From: Chiloscyllium plagiosum
Taxonomy: Eukaryota
DNA: 60,000 bases
Assembly: GCF_004010195.1 (NCBI RefSeq)
Contig: NC_057751.1
Span: forward strand, 9,555,611 to 9,615,610
Direction of reading: 5' to 3'
A model generated the notes under the pieces. That model worked only from the letters and a program-made list of their open reading frames with translations. It was not told the DNA's origin and ran no database searches. Positions 12,721 to 25,044 of the stretch are shown piece by piece (position 1 is the first letter of the stretch; the number at the start of each line of letters is the position of its first letter). Both the position numbers and the translations under genes were made by a program.

Positions 12721-14264
12721 CTGTTCACCTGACTGATTGCTGGGATGAAGAGAGTTTACAAGAATGAGGTGATCTCATTGAACAATATTGATGGGGCTTG
12801 CCAGGGCGCTTGGTACTGAGAATAAAGTCATGAAGCTGAAAGACAACAGATTTGCAGAAATGAAGAAACAATTGATGGTGTGATCAAATTAGTTTATGGA
12901 AAATGGCTTAATTGGAAATATCAAATAGAAAAGCAAATTCACTGAACACTGCTCAGACTTCTCACTTCTGGACAAATTGTCAATGTGAAAAATGCATCAA
13001 CATTAAAACTGCAATTCACAATAATATCTTTAATCAATGATTTTCTTCATCTCCACTTGCTTCTTAAATAAGTCAGTATTTGATCAGTAATTTATTTTCT
13101 CCAACACCTTCAACTTTGTACCCATTTCCCTTGTCCCGCAGTTCTCATTTAGCCTGAAATTGCGATCAGGAGTCATTATTTCTCAAACATTAGTAAAAGT
13201 ATTTCATAATAATTACAATATTAAAAGTGAAAAACTAGACCAGACACTCAAACTGGACGGTGGTAAGTAAGGTTGAGGACTCAAAGTTTACCAAGATAAA
13301 CATACTGCAGTTGCTCTTGATAGATAGCTTCCCCTTCTGCTCCATTGCTGAGCAACATTATATCAAGTATGACCTTATTATCTGCAGAACTTTGCTTAGT
13401 GATATTGCTTGATCAAAACAGATAATGGAAAAATAGTCTGACAGAACTATTAAATATTTAGCTAAGATTCTGGTAATTCCGTCTGAGGCTATTTTAACTC
13501 GATACTGCATTGAGCACATAAACATAGCCACAACACTCCCTATAAAACCATATGATGCCTTGTGCTTATAAGAAAGTGCTCAACAATATCACAAGACACA
13601 GCACCCAACTTTGACAGATCTTGTGGTGTAAATGACAATGATCAAATTATATATCACAAATTGATAGTTTATTATTGATGAGTTAGACAAAATGATGTAA
13701 ATGTTGTATTACAACAGACTAGATTATCAGCAAATTTGGTTGTGAAGTTTCAACAACTATACATCTGTCCGCACCACACACTCAAAGTTTGTATAAATTT
13801 ACCACTGAACTCGAGAAAAAAGTTTGTTCTAAAGCTTTCTATTCATGAATGATGCATTTATCTGAATTATGTTAGATCTGATTCTTTTTCCAAAGTGCCT
13901 CGTTTTGAAGTTAGGAATGGAAATAGCCACGTCCAAGATCCCACGAGCTCTTGTGAACAATTTATTTTACTCAGTATTTGGAAGACAAATCATGAAACAT
14001 CCCAGTGAAGAACTGTACTCCAAAACTTAACTCAACAACATTGCAGTAGTTGTTTCAACCACGTGTTCAGGACAAAGTTTAATATATCTATGGCAAATAA
14101 TCTCAAACCTATGATTTTAATGTATCTAAAAAGTGACTTTAAATATTATTCATTCATATTCCACACGGTCATCATTCAGAACCAAAGAGTTCAAGTAATT
14201 GATATGAATATTTCAATTTGCAAGAACAAGGCCGTGTTCTTTGGGAACTGGGCCGACGGATCCT

Positions 14265-14370
14265 TTAACTCCTTCACTTCACCTGATGAAGAGGCAATGC
14301 TCCAAAAGCATGTGATTTCAAATAGGCCTGTTGGACTATAACGTGGTGATGTGAGAGTTCTGACTTTGTT
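14265..14370 (+). mobile_element. Penelope-like terminus, family B, with decayed hammerhead
   Basis: cac-ctgatga-a-gaggcaatgctcc-aaaa-gcat-gtg followed by ctgttggactataac tail shared with 24863-24950. Confidence 0.7.
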
Positions 14371-14499
14371 CGTTATCAGGTCATTACCTGAACATACATT
14401 GAATATGGTTCAGAGGGGGCACAATGTGCGTAGATCAAAGTGAGGCAAAACCAGGGCTTGTGGGAGCACTGCTCCATCCCCATTGCAGGTAAAAACCTG

Positions 14500-15675
14500 G
14501 TCATCAAGTGTGAGGTACTCTCAGAATTGCTCAGAACCATCTTCCAATTCATCTGAAGGTCAAAGATGGACCTTGTTCATTGGGGCATCATTGTCAAAGC
14601 TCTAGAGTAGAGGGTAGAAATGTACCCATTGCTCTCATCCTAATGGCCACCTTTGTGTACAGCTGCATCAAGGGGTGTATAGACCTTCAGTATGCAAACA
14701 CCAAATTTCATGATGTACTGATGTTCTACTTGTCCCCGGTGTTGCAAAGGATAGGTCTGGCTGCAGCACCATGGAACGCTCCAAGTAGTTGAACCGATAC
14801 GTATTGCCTGTCCTTTGTGGAAAAACTCTGTAAATGAAAACACCTTTGACCACAAGTTCAGCAGAAAGTGGTCAGCACGTAGTGTCCTCGAGACCCTACA
14901 AGAAAAGGAAGGTGGATCCTGTTGCATGGTTCTCTGAGCAGACTTGAGATCATGTGACAGAATGCCTCATTGCCAGAACTTTCCAACAAGCACCAAGACA
15001 GAGCTTGGCTGACGATGAGAAGTGCATTGCCTATCAGATTCTTCATGCATACCCAGACTCTATGCACCACCACACGCTGCTCTTGAAGTGGCTATGGTGA
15101 GTAGACAGTCACTCTTCTCCTTCTGGAATGTGCGTTTGCTAAGAAGGTCTGGAGACATGCTGTGTTTTTGTCCAAGTTTGTCCTGAGCAGCTCAGTGACA
15201 CAGGATCAATGCTCCACAGACTGCTCCCTGGTACGCACACGGAGATAAGCATTGATTGTGCCTGGAAGCCCATCAACTTGGTGAAAGATGCTCTTTGGTC
15301 TGGCCAAAATTTGTTGGTTTTCCAGAGCCAGGAATTGACCTGGACCGAGTGTGGAAGACTGGCACATTCCAAGGTCAGGACTATGTGCTGAGGGATGCAC
15401 TAAAGCTGGGAGCAGCCGCTGCCAAGGCACAGTAGGGACACACCTCTGTCTGAAGTCTTTCTGCTGAAGTACAATGGTGGTTTATTCAGTTATCAGACCC
15501 TCTGTGTGTCTCAATGTATTTAAATAAAGTCCTGTGTAGGTAGGAAATGCCTTTTTTTGGAACTGCAGTGAATGCTAAGTTCCAATATTTGTTTGATCTT
15601 CATGTGCAAAGACTATGTATATATAAAGCTATTTTTATGAAGAAGGTATGTTTTTGCAATACATAAAAAAATTCC
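14500..15675 (+). mobile_element. Tx1/L1-clade LINE, decayed 3' end of ORF2
   Basis: Remnant peptides LSNKHQDRAW...ALP, LLLECAFAKKVW, PGTHTEISIDCAWK..NLVKDALWS; A-rich end. Confidence 0.7.
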
Positions 15676-16533
15676 TCTTTGACTGCAGTTTCAGTGCAAA
15701 ATTTACACAGGCAATATCAGGTTTGTTGCCAGGCATTTAAAGGCGTAGGTATCAATGAAAGAGAGTGATTAAAATTGGGGTTGCATAAGAGCTAACAATT
15801 TGAGGAGTGCAAAACTCTTTGTGGATTATCAGATTGAAGACAATGAAAAGGCAAAGCCATGGAAAGATTTACAATCTGTGTGAGAGTTTTTAAACTGAGA
15901 CTCTGTTTGACCAGGACCAAATGCAACTTGACGAGCATCATCAAAAAGCCCTCGACTCCTGCGCCTTTTAGTGCAATCCTGACCAATCTTAAAACTGCAC
16001 TTTCCACCACACAATTCCTTTATCGCTTAATTTTCTGAAAGGTAAACTACTATTTATCTCAACCTCAAATATATTCAGAGCAAGGTGTACCCACAGCCTT
16101 GTGCATGGACAATTTCAAGAATTCACAATGCTTGAGTGAACATTTCTCCTTATCTGAGACACACATGATCATATCCTTTATCATCAGATTGCTGCTGTGT
16201 TCTGGATTCCCCAGCCAGGAGAAACACTCTGAATGTGTAGCATCTCAAGCACATCAGAATTTTCTTTGGTTCAATGAGATTACTCAACTTATTACTCAAA
16301 TAGCCCTCTTAATAAGAGCCACTATGTTGATTCTGGAGCTGATTTTTGTGATGGAGGCAACATGCAGTCAGGAGGTTAACCTAGTTAGATAAATGAGAAC
16401 ATTCCAGAATTTTCTGTTTGTCTGTAAAATCTCAGCAGGTCTTGCAGTGTTGGATGCTGAGAGAAACATTTAACATTTTGATTTCAATATTACTCTTCTT
16501 TAGAACTGTTGTTGGAAATTGTCAGCAAATGTG

Positions 16534-16771
16534 AATAGAATCATAGAATCCCTACAGTGTGGAAACAGGTCATTTGGCCCAACAAGTCCACACCGAACCT
16601 CCGAAGAGTATCCAATCCAGACCCACTCCCCCCACCTTATTACTCTACATTTCCCCTGACTAATACACCGTGCCTACACATCCCTGAACACTATGGGCAA
16701 TTTAGCACAGCCAATTCACCTAACTTGTACATTTTTGGACTGTGGGAGGAAACCGGAGCACCCAGAGGAAA
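16534..16771 (-). mobile_element. HE1-type SINE, 5'-truncated
   Basis: tagaatccctacagtgtggaaacagg tail and V-domain complement. Confidence 0.85.
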
Positions 16772-16799
16772 TATTCTTTTTCCAATTCTGAATGAGAGC

Positions 16800-18255
16800 T
16801 GAAGTAGCATCAATGACATCATCAATGAGTCAGAGAAAGAATGGTTATTGGGATCCAATGAGGATTAGAATAAAGAACGTACCACACTGTTCTTAAAGAG
16901 GCAGGCAAACTGGGACCCATGTCGATACCATAGCCACATTTTTTGACATGGACAAGCTGAATGAAATGAATCAAGGAAGATGTTCAAAGTGAGAATGAAC
17001 TCAGCCAATCAAAGGAGGGTGGTGCTGGATGGATATGATGCATGCGTCTTCACAAAAGAACAGAGAGCCTTCAGACCATCCAGATGGAGGATATACATGT
17101 AAAAAGATAGCATTCCATTATTATTATGAGGCATGTAAGGCAAAAACACTGCAAATTGTGGAACCAGTGTAATACATCAGAAAAATTATGAATGAAAATG
17201 GGGAGAGATTGAACGAAGGAGAAAAAAAAAGTCAAGACAAGAAGAAATGATGAGTTTGCAAGACCAATCCTGTTGCCTATTTTGGGACGGAGGCAGAAGT
17301 GAGCTGCGCGTGATTCTGGGACTGTGGGGTTGGAAGATATGGAGGTGAGATTTCCAGAGGATAGAAGGTCAGTGGCAGTTCTGGAAATAAACAGTTTGAT
17401 GTTCAGTTATGGAGTCATGATCCAGGGGAGATAAGATGAAGTCTCAGGAGTGTTGGTGCACAGCCTCTGCAGAACAGAGGTCAGTATGCTACATGATGAC
17501 AGAACCATCTATATCAGCAGGCTTGATAACCAAGTCGGGTTTGGATGTAAGAGAACAGAGTGCAGCAATTTCAGAGGGAAATAGATATGAGTGATAGAAG
17601 GGAGCAATTTAGTATTGATGTCATATCAACAATTCTCCCTGAAGAGATTGAATGCAGGTACAAGTTCAGACAGAAAGGACCAGGTGAATAGTGAGTATTG
17701 TAGATGGCTGATAGGGTCTGTGCAGCAGGCAGAGGACTCCTGCGCAAAGAAGTGGACACAGAAACAAAGATGGTGGAAGAAGAGTTCAGTGTTGACTCAT
17801 GCCCAAAATCCATTGAAGATGGAGCCTAAAAAGATAAAGCTAAGTTCGTTGCTGAGCACAGATGATCCAGAGGGAAGTCGGAGGGTATATTCTATACATC
17901 GCAAGAAATGGCATTAGATGAAGAAATGCAGTTAAACAGAAGATGAAGGATTGATACCTTGAGATTTTGAAGCTTGTTTTCCTTAGCATAAAAAAGGAAG
18001 AGGCAAAGTTTATTGTGAAAGCAATGAATGAGACGAAGAATGGAATGGAGGAGCAAATTACTGCAGATGCAAGAATCTACCAAAAACAACAAATGCTGGA
18101 ATTCATAGCATGTCAGGTAGCATCCATGGTGAGAGAGCAAGCTAATGTTTCCATTCTGGATGACACTTCAGAGCTGACATGAAGACTCACTTTTATTCGA
18201 GACGTTAGCTTGCTCTCTCTCCATGGATGCAGCCTGACACACTATGATTTCCCAA
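16800..18255 (-). mobile_element. Old Penelope-like element, RT region, heavily decayed
   Basis: Minus-strand remnants ALCSLTSKPDLVIKPAD (~17515-17565) and VAM..MGPS.ACL (~16895-16940) match Penelope RT motifs IKPADKG and GVAMG..MGPS. Confidence 0.7.
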
Positions 18256-18267
18256 AAATCGAAATGG

Positions 18268-18585
18268 TAGATTAGATTACATTACATTACAGTGTGGAAA
18301 CAGGCCCTTCGGCCCAACAAGTCCACACCGACCCGCCGAAGCGAAACCCACCCATACCCCTATATTTACCCCTTACCTAACACTACGGGCAATTTAGTAT
18401 GGCCAATTCACCTGACCCTGCACATCTTTGGACTGTGGGAGGAAACCGGAGCACCCGGAAGAAACCCACGCAGACACGGGGAGAACATGCAAACTCCACA
18501 CAGTCAGTCGCCTGAGGCGGGAAATGAACCCGGCTCTCTGGCACTGTGAGGCAGCAGTGCTAACCACTGTGCCACCGTGGTGCCC
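18268..18585 (-). mobile_element. Full-length HE1-type V-SINE
   Basis: Complete tRNA head with A/B boxes, V-domain and (AATCT)n tail; very similar to 25468-25768. Confidence 0.93.
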
Positions 18586-19846
18586 AGAATAGCTATGAGA
18601 CAGTGTGACATTGTGCTGATGGAGAGAGGGGTCAAGACTGTCCATGAGGCAGCATATGACACTCATTTGCAAACATTATAGTTTTGCTGTCACCAGGGAC
18701 AGCAATGAGGTTTATGACTCAAGAGACTGAGTTCATGTCAGGGACTGAAGATAGCACTTCAGTGTTTCCAACATTTGATTGCAAAAAAAATTCTGTAAAT
18801 TCAGGACTAGGTGTCAGGCAAGAAGTGCAACAATAACAGAGTAAAGGGGTTAAAAAATATGGTGAGATGGAGCTTGGTGTTGTTAACATACGTATGGAAC
18901 CTGAGTGTTTTTAATAATGTTACAGTTCTTGGGAAGGAGTCAGGGGCAAGGATGACCCCTTGAGGGATTTGCACTAACTGCGAATCATCCTTCAGTCATG
19001 CCACGAGGGATAGATAATTGGTAAAATTATATTTGTGGCTAACTCTGACTTCAAATAATTTATAAACTTGCATTGGAGCATTGGTTTCCTGTTAGATGAA
19101 TGGTCCATTATACTGCTCAGGTTGAACTTGAATGCATTCTTTGTATTCCTTAAAAAATGTAGCTTTAGACTCGTTGCATTGCAACATCAGAAAAAGGAAT
19201 TTTGTACGAGAGAAAACAGATTGCTCATGTTACAGGAATTTCAGTTGCATTCTGATATGGACTTTACAACAGATAACCAGATCAAAATTATAGACTTATA
19301 AATGATACTCCTTGGTTTCATTCAAATTGCAAGACAAGTTGTGGGCTGACCTCGATCTACTCAAATTCATCTTTCAATAGATACATATGCAGACAGTGAC
19401 TGCTTTACTTGATAGGATCACCAAACACATTGTGAGACCCTCGGATAAAGTAACCACCTGTTCAGTTATTTACTTTGTACTGGGATCGGAGTTGTATTTA
19501 CTGTCAAAATATCTGACATATTAACATTGTTGAATTTACTATAATATGCCATCTCCAAACTTATGTACAGCCCCAGCCCAAGTTGACGGGAGAATTATAT
19601 ATACAATTGGCTGTAATAGTTAAAATGTATAACAGCTTGAAAAAAATGTCATCAATGTTGTTCAGAGCGCTACTGATTTTCAAAACACAAAACTGACTGC
19701 AATTCAACCTATTTTGTCAACAGGGTGGAGACAAGAGTTTACCCACCATTGCTACTTTGTTGAAAAATTATAAAACATTGTCCATTTAGGACTTAAAATT
19801 CAACACTCTAAAGTATGGATGAAGTAATCTCAAGAATTTACTTGTA

Positions 19847-20405
19847 CAGGTTGACAACCTTTTATCCAAAATCCTGAAATTCGAAAAGCTTTGAAATCCG
19901 AAGGTTTTTTTGTGAAGTGTTTATCTCATTAACAAGGTTGTTTGGCATGCAAACAGTTAAAATCTTCGAGGAGAAAGTGAGGACTGCAGATGCTGGAGAT
20001 CAGAGCTGAAAATGTGTTGCTGGAAAAGCGCAGCAGGTCAGGCAGCATCCATTAAAGGAAAGTGTGTCCAGTAGGCGAAGATAAAAGGTAGGGAGGAGGG
20101 CTTATGCCCGAATGGTCGATTCTCCTGTTCCTTGGATGCTGCCTGACCTGCTGCACTTTTCCAACAACACATTTTCAGATGCAAACAGTTAACCCAACTC
20201 CACACCCACTCGATGTGTATGGGTGTGGCCCAGCACTGGCAGGCCTCAATTCTGTTTCCGGGCCTGTTACTTACAGTGAGTCTGCTGTTTGATAAGATTT
20301 TTTAAAAGTTCACCGTTGAACTGTAACTTATTCCGAAATTCAAAAAATTACTAATTCCAAAAACCAGCTGGTCCAGAGTGTTTCAGATAAAGGATTGTGT
20401 ACCTG
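19847..20405. mobile_element. Tigger-like MITE interrupted by a Penelope-derived insert
   Basis: TIRs caggttgacaaccttttatcc / gataaaggattgtgtacctg, TA on both sides. Confidence 0.75.
19961..20178. mobile_element. Short fold-back Penelope-derived insertion (family A), 14-bp TSD
   Basis: atgcaaacagttaa at 19947-19960 and 20179-20192; arms ~20005-20050 and ~20133-20178 are complementary. Confidence 0.85.
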
Positions 20406-20807
20406 TATTTCATTGCACTGGCAACATGCAGAAGCAAACATGACAGCAAATGAACATACTTGAAAATATTAAATTCCAAGAACAACTACAGATGCAAAGG
20501 TAAGAGAAATGTTGTATTTGTAGTTCAAAATATTCCAAAAAAGTCCTTTGCATTAAGTGTTGATACATCCTTCCCAATGTGCGATTGCTCTTGACATATC
20601 AGCAATATCTCATTAAAGGATTGAAAAAAGTGCCCAACAACAGTTGGAGTCCAAATGACAATGTATTGGACTGTTGGATAAAATTAGACTTCGAAAAAAA
20701 AACATTGTGAGGAGAAAGATGCTTGAAACAGCAAGCAAAGGGCCTTGAAATGGCTTCAGATGTTGAACTAGATTATGTTTGAGAAGCAATGCTGATTACA
20801 ACCATGT

Positions 20808-21526
20808 TGTTATGACTCAGCAGTGAATTTAACCAAACACCCAGAAAAGCTCACCTTCCCTCATAATCTGTTAAAATATGAGTGACAGAGAACTCCCAAA
20901 TTCCACTATTTAAAGAAAATAAAAGCAATTTATTCTTTAACTCTAAAAATGAGCATTAAACAACAACTATTCACAACTCTAAGCCCCCTTTCTCTTAACT
21001 GCTTATTATTTGCTCCAACTATGTAACAATATACCGTTCCAATAAAACACTGAATAAAATTGCATCAACTTAATTTCAAAACCATACAGCAGCTGTCAAC
21101 TTCAGTGTCTGTCTTCTTCCGGCTGAAGATTTCCCTGTGTCATCTTCTTTCTTTTTACTGCGAATATGTTTCATATGAAAAGGTACCTTTGAGAGACAGT
21201 GGTCCTAATTTCTTCGGTCTGTCTCGATGGCAGCTACTCTGTCTGATTTTCAAAATACCTGCCTTTTTTATATCCCCAACATCGGAACATCTCATTGGTT
21301 CGATGTGAGCAAAACAATAAAGTCAAATTCAATTGGCTTTTAGTATCCTGGGGCAAAATTTAAACTGATTGGTTAAATTCAATTTGATGAAAACAGCAAC
21401 CAACTCAGGTAAATGTTACATATTTTCAATTTTCCAGTACTCTCTGAGATTGCTCTTGTAAGTTCTCAGTTCTGAACAGCATTCAGTTCTCTTAAAGGTA
21501 TAGACCATGCCTTCAACTTCATAATA
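20808..21526. mobile_element. Solo LTR (Gypsy-like)
   Basis: TGTTATGA...TCATAATA termini with 4-bp TSD ATGT (20804-20807, 21527-21530). Confidence 0.75.
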
Positions 21527-21839
21527 ATGTGAACAAATGAAATTGTATCAAAGTAGAGGGAAATGTAACAGTATTAGTTATAGCACGATGAGAAACTCGA
21601 AGACACTGAGGTTGGAGACCAGCAGTATAGGTAGAATGAGGGAAAAGGTTCTGCTGTGTGAATGAGCATCTTGTTGCGAAATTGAAAAGCAGAATCAAAC
21701 TGATGATAATCTTGGATTTCTGCATTGGCCACGAGCTAATTGGCACAGGGTCAACAAGAGTAAAACATGTGACTCAAAGATTGGTGTGAAAAAAATGGGT
21801 TCAAATTCATGGGACATTGGCACCAGTGTTAGGGAAGGA

Positions 21840-22095
21840 CCATAAGACTGTAAGTTATAGGAGCAGAATTAGCCCAATGTGTCTGCTCCGCCATTCAACT
21901 GTGGCTGATATGTTTCCCAAACCAATTCTACTGCTTTTCCCCGATAACCTGCACTAATAAAGAATCTATCTCCGTCTTAAGTGCATTCAATGATTTGATC
22001 TCCATGGCCTTCTGCAGCAATGAGTTTCACAGATCCTCTGGCTAAAGAAATTCCTCCTCACCTCAGTTCTTCAGGGTCATCTGTTCACTGAGGTA
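21840..22095 (-). mobile_element. CR1 3' end fragment
   Basis: cataagac..taggagcagaattag...aagaaattcctcctcacctcagtt; same type as the start of 54100-56460. Confidence 0.75.
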
Positions 22096-23477
22096 ATACT
22101 CTCCTGATTATTCCATGAGCCACAAGCACAGGGTCAACAACATTTACAAGGTAAATGCATGGCTCAAATATTGGTGTGGGAGAAACAAATTCAAATTATT
22201 GGAATGTGGGCACCAGTACAGTGGAAAGAGGGAGCTGTTCCAATGAGATGGGATCTACCTGAATCATGCTGGTACCAGATTCCTGGTGAATTGTGTAACC
22301 AGAGCTGTGGAGAGGGCTTTAAACCATACCATGAGGGATGGGTCCACTTACATGGAAAATTACAAAATCCAAGGTAAAGGAGAAACTAGGATTGCAGATT
22401 GGTGATGGGGCTGATTGTTACCAGAAAATAAAACAAAGTGATAGAATGTGTCAATGTCATATTGTACCAAGGACCATGAAAGTGTCAGGAAATTTAGAAA
22501 TGGAACAAACTGAATATGCAAAGCGTTCATAATAAGGGACAGAAACTGACAGTACAAATCAAGAGAAATTATTATGCTTCATAGCCATTCTGGAAACATG
22601 GTTACAAGGAGATCAAAAGTGGGAACTTAACATTTAGAGATATTTGATCTTTTGGAGAGACAGGAGGGATAGAGAACGTGGTGGAATAGCACCCTGACAA
22701 GAGATGAAACAAGGACAGCTGTGAGATGCGGTCTTGGCTCAGATGATTTTGAATGCATTTAGGCGGAGATAAAACATAGACAAGATACTGAAATGAGCAG
22801 CATACACACCCCCAAACAGTAGCTGCTCTGGGAGAAAGGCTGTAAATCAACAAACAAGAGTTTGTAAAAGGAATAGAGCAGTGCTTACGGTTGACTTTAA
22901 TCTTCATATTGGTTGGGTTCATCAAATGAAAAAGGGTGGCTACGACAGCACATTCATAGGGTTCAATCGGATCAGTTTCCATATCAATACATCATGGACC
23001 AGGAAACTGGCGGTCTTAAATCTAATAATGGAAAAAGAAACATGCTTAAAAAATTATGTGAGATAAAAAGACTGCCTGGGAAGTAGTCATCAGAACATGA
23101 CAGAATATATTATTCAGTTTCAGAGTGATAAATTTGGACTGGAAACAACTGTGTTTAACTTAACTAAAGGAATTACAATGAAATAAGGATAAAATTAGCT
23201 GAGGTGAACCATGCAGATAGACAGCAAACAAGCACTGACACATATTGAAGGAGGTAATTCATGATTCTCAGCAAAAATACATTCCAGTCAGGAGAAATGA
23301 TTCTCAGGGAAGGAAAAACCAACCATGACCAACTAAGGAAGTTCAGGAGAGTATTCAGTTTAAAGAAAAAGCATATAAGCAGGCCAAAGTCATTGACAGC
23401 CCCAAAGACTGGGATAAATTCAGAATCCACCAAAAGAGACAAAAAAGACAGACAGACAAAATAAACTATGATAGGCA

Positions 23478-23951
23478 AAATTTTTGTTGCAAACATTTTG
23501 TCCACTGTGACATCCTCAGTGCTTGGGAGCCTCCTGTGAAGCGCTTCTGTGGTGTTTCCTCCGGCATTTATAGTGGCCTGTCTCTGCCACTTCCAGTTGT
23601 CAGTTTCAGCTGTCCACTGTAGTGGCCGGTATATTGGGTCCAGGTCGATGTGTTTGTTGATGGAGTTTGTGGATGAGTGCCATGCTTCTAGGAATTCCCT
23701 GGCTGTTCTTTGTTTCGCTTGCCCTATAGTGCCACTACTGCGGACAGCTGAAACTGACAACCGGGAGCGGCAGGGACAGGCCACTATAAATGTCGGAGGA
23801 AACACCACAGAAGCGCTTCACAGGAGGCTCCCAAGCACTGAGGATGTCACCTAGACAGGGGACGAAACGTTTGCAACAAAAATTTCCAGCTCGGCGAACA
23901 GAACCACAACAACGAGCACCCGAGCTACAAATCTTCACCCAAACTTTGAAC
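23478..23951. mobile_element. Penelope-like family C fold-back element (inverted termini around a GIY-YIG C-terminal remnant)
   Basis: Arms ~23478-23626 and ~23731-23884 are inverted; the spacer encodes QAKQRTAREFLEAWHSSTNSINKHIDLDPIY on the minus strand. Confidence 0.85.
23835..23874 (+). ncRNA. Minimal type-I hammerhead ribozyme motif (family C)
   Basis: GCA-CUGAGGA-U-[GUCACCU AGAC AGGGGAC]-GAAA-CGUU-UGC: both core boxes, stem II, 3-bp stem I, ACGU palindrome. Confidence 0.75.
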
Positions 23952-24123
23952 ACCTATTGGCAAAAGTAAGTTTAGATCAGAGTGGTGCTGGAAAAGCACT
24001 GCAGATCAGGCAGCATCTGAGGAGCAGGTGACAAACTAGTGAGGAATATAAAAACTGATAATAAGAGCTTCTTTAAATATGTAAGGAGGAAGAGAGGAGT
24101 CAAAATGAATATAGGTCCCTTTA

Positions 24124-24950
24124 TAAAGTTCGGTACCCATGGGGATGACCTCAACTGGGATCTTGGGTTCATGTCACACTGCAGGTGACCCCACTGCACT
24201 ACACACACAGACAGACACATACTCACAGACAGACGCACACTCACAGACACGGACACACAGACACACATTCCTACAGACTCATACACTCACACAGACCCTC
24301 TCTCATACACAAGCTGTCTCTCATACGCTCACACATCCACTTGCACACTCACAAATGAACCCTCTCACAGACTTATACCCCTTTACACTCACACCCACAC
24401 ACGTACAGACACTCTCTCACAGACACTCATAACCGCACCCTCCCCCCACCCCATGCACACACTCACATGCAAACACACACATATACCTTTGAGGGGTGTA
24501 TTTGTATTTGCAGAATACTTTGCTCAAAAACTGCATGAATCCATGTAAGATTCTGTAAATCTGTTTTTTAGATTAGATTCAGTCTAAACATTGTGGCACA
24601 CACAGTCTCACACTGGGCACCTCACACCTTAAATGCATTATCTGGGCCGATATGACACCAATTGTTAAAGTTCACTTGAGAATGTAACTTTAAAAAGAGT
24701 TCTGCAATTTATGTATAAAAGAACTGAAACCAACATGTTCTTTCTCAAAGATGAGAGACTTTAACAAACAATCCTGGTCTTTTTCAATGTATAATTTCAG
24801 TTACATCACACTGTAAACTTTTTGCTATAAATTCTGTGTCTTATAATCTTATGCTCCACAACCACCTGATGAAGGAGCAGTGCTCCAAAAGCTAGTGCTT
24901 CCAAATAAACCTGTAGGACTATAACCTGGTGTTATGTGATTTTTAACTTC
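24124..24950 (+). mobile_element. Penelope-like family B 3' end (ORF C-terminus, CA-rich tract, terminus with hammerhead)
   Basis: KFGTHGDDLNWDLGFMSH remnant, CA-rich 24195-24480, hammerhead motif at 24863-24897 with G12>A. Confidence 0.75.
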
Positions 24951-25044
24951 ATAAATGAATGTGGGGAATCGGTTTTGGAGAACAAGGAAACAGCAGAGAA
25001 GTCATACAGATATTTTGCATCATTCTTCCGGTAAGATGGCTGTG

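Noticed and set aside
18500..18585. tRNA-like sequences at SINE heads (also 25468-25545)
   Set aside because: They are SINE pol III heads continuing into the V-domain, not tRNA genes
23173..23808. 211-aa minus-strand ORF as a novel gene
   Set aside because: A chimera of Penelope inverted arms, an endonuclease C-terminal remnant and antisense CR1 sequence
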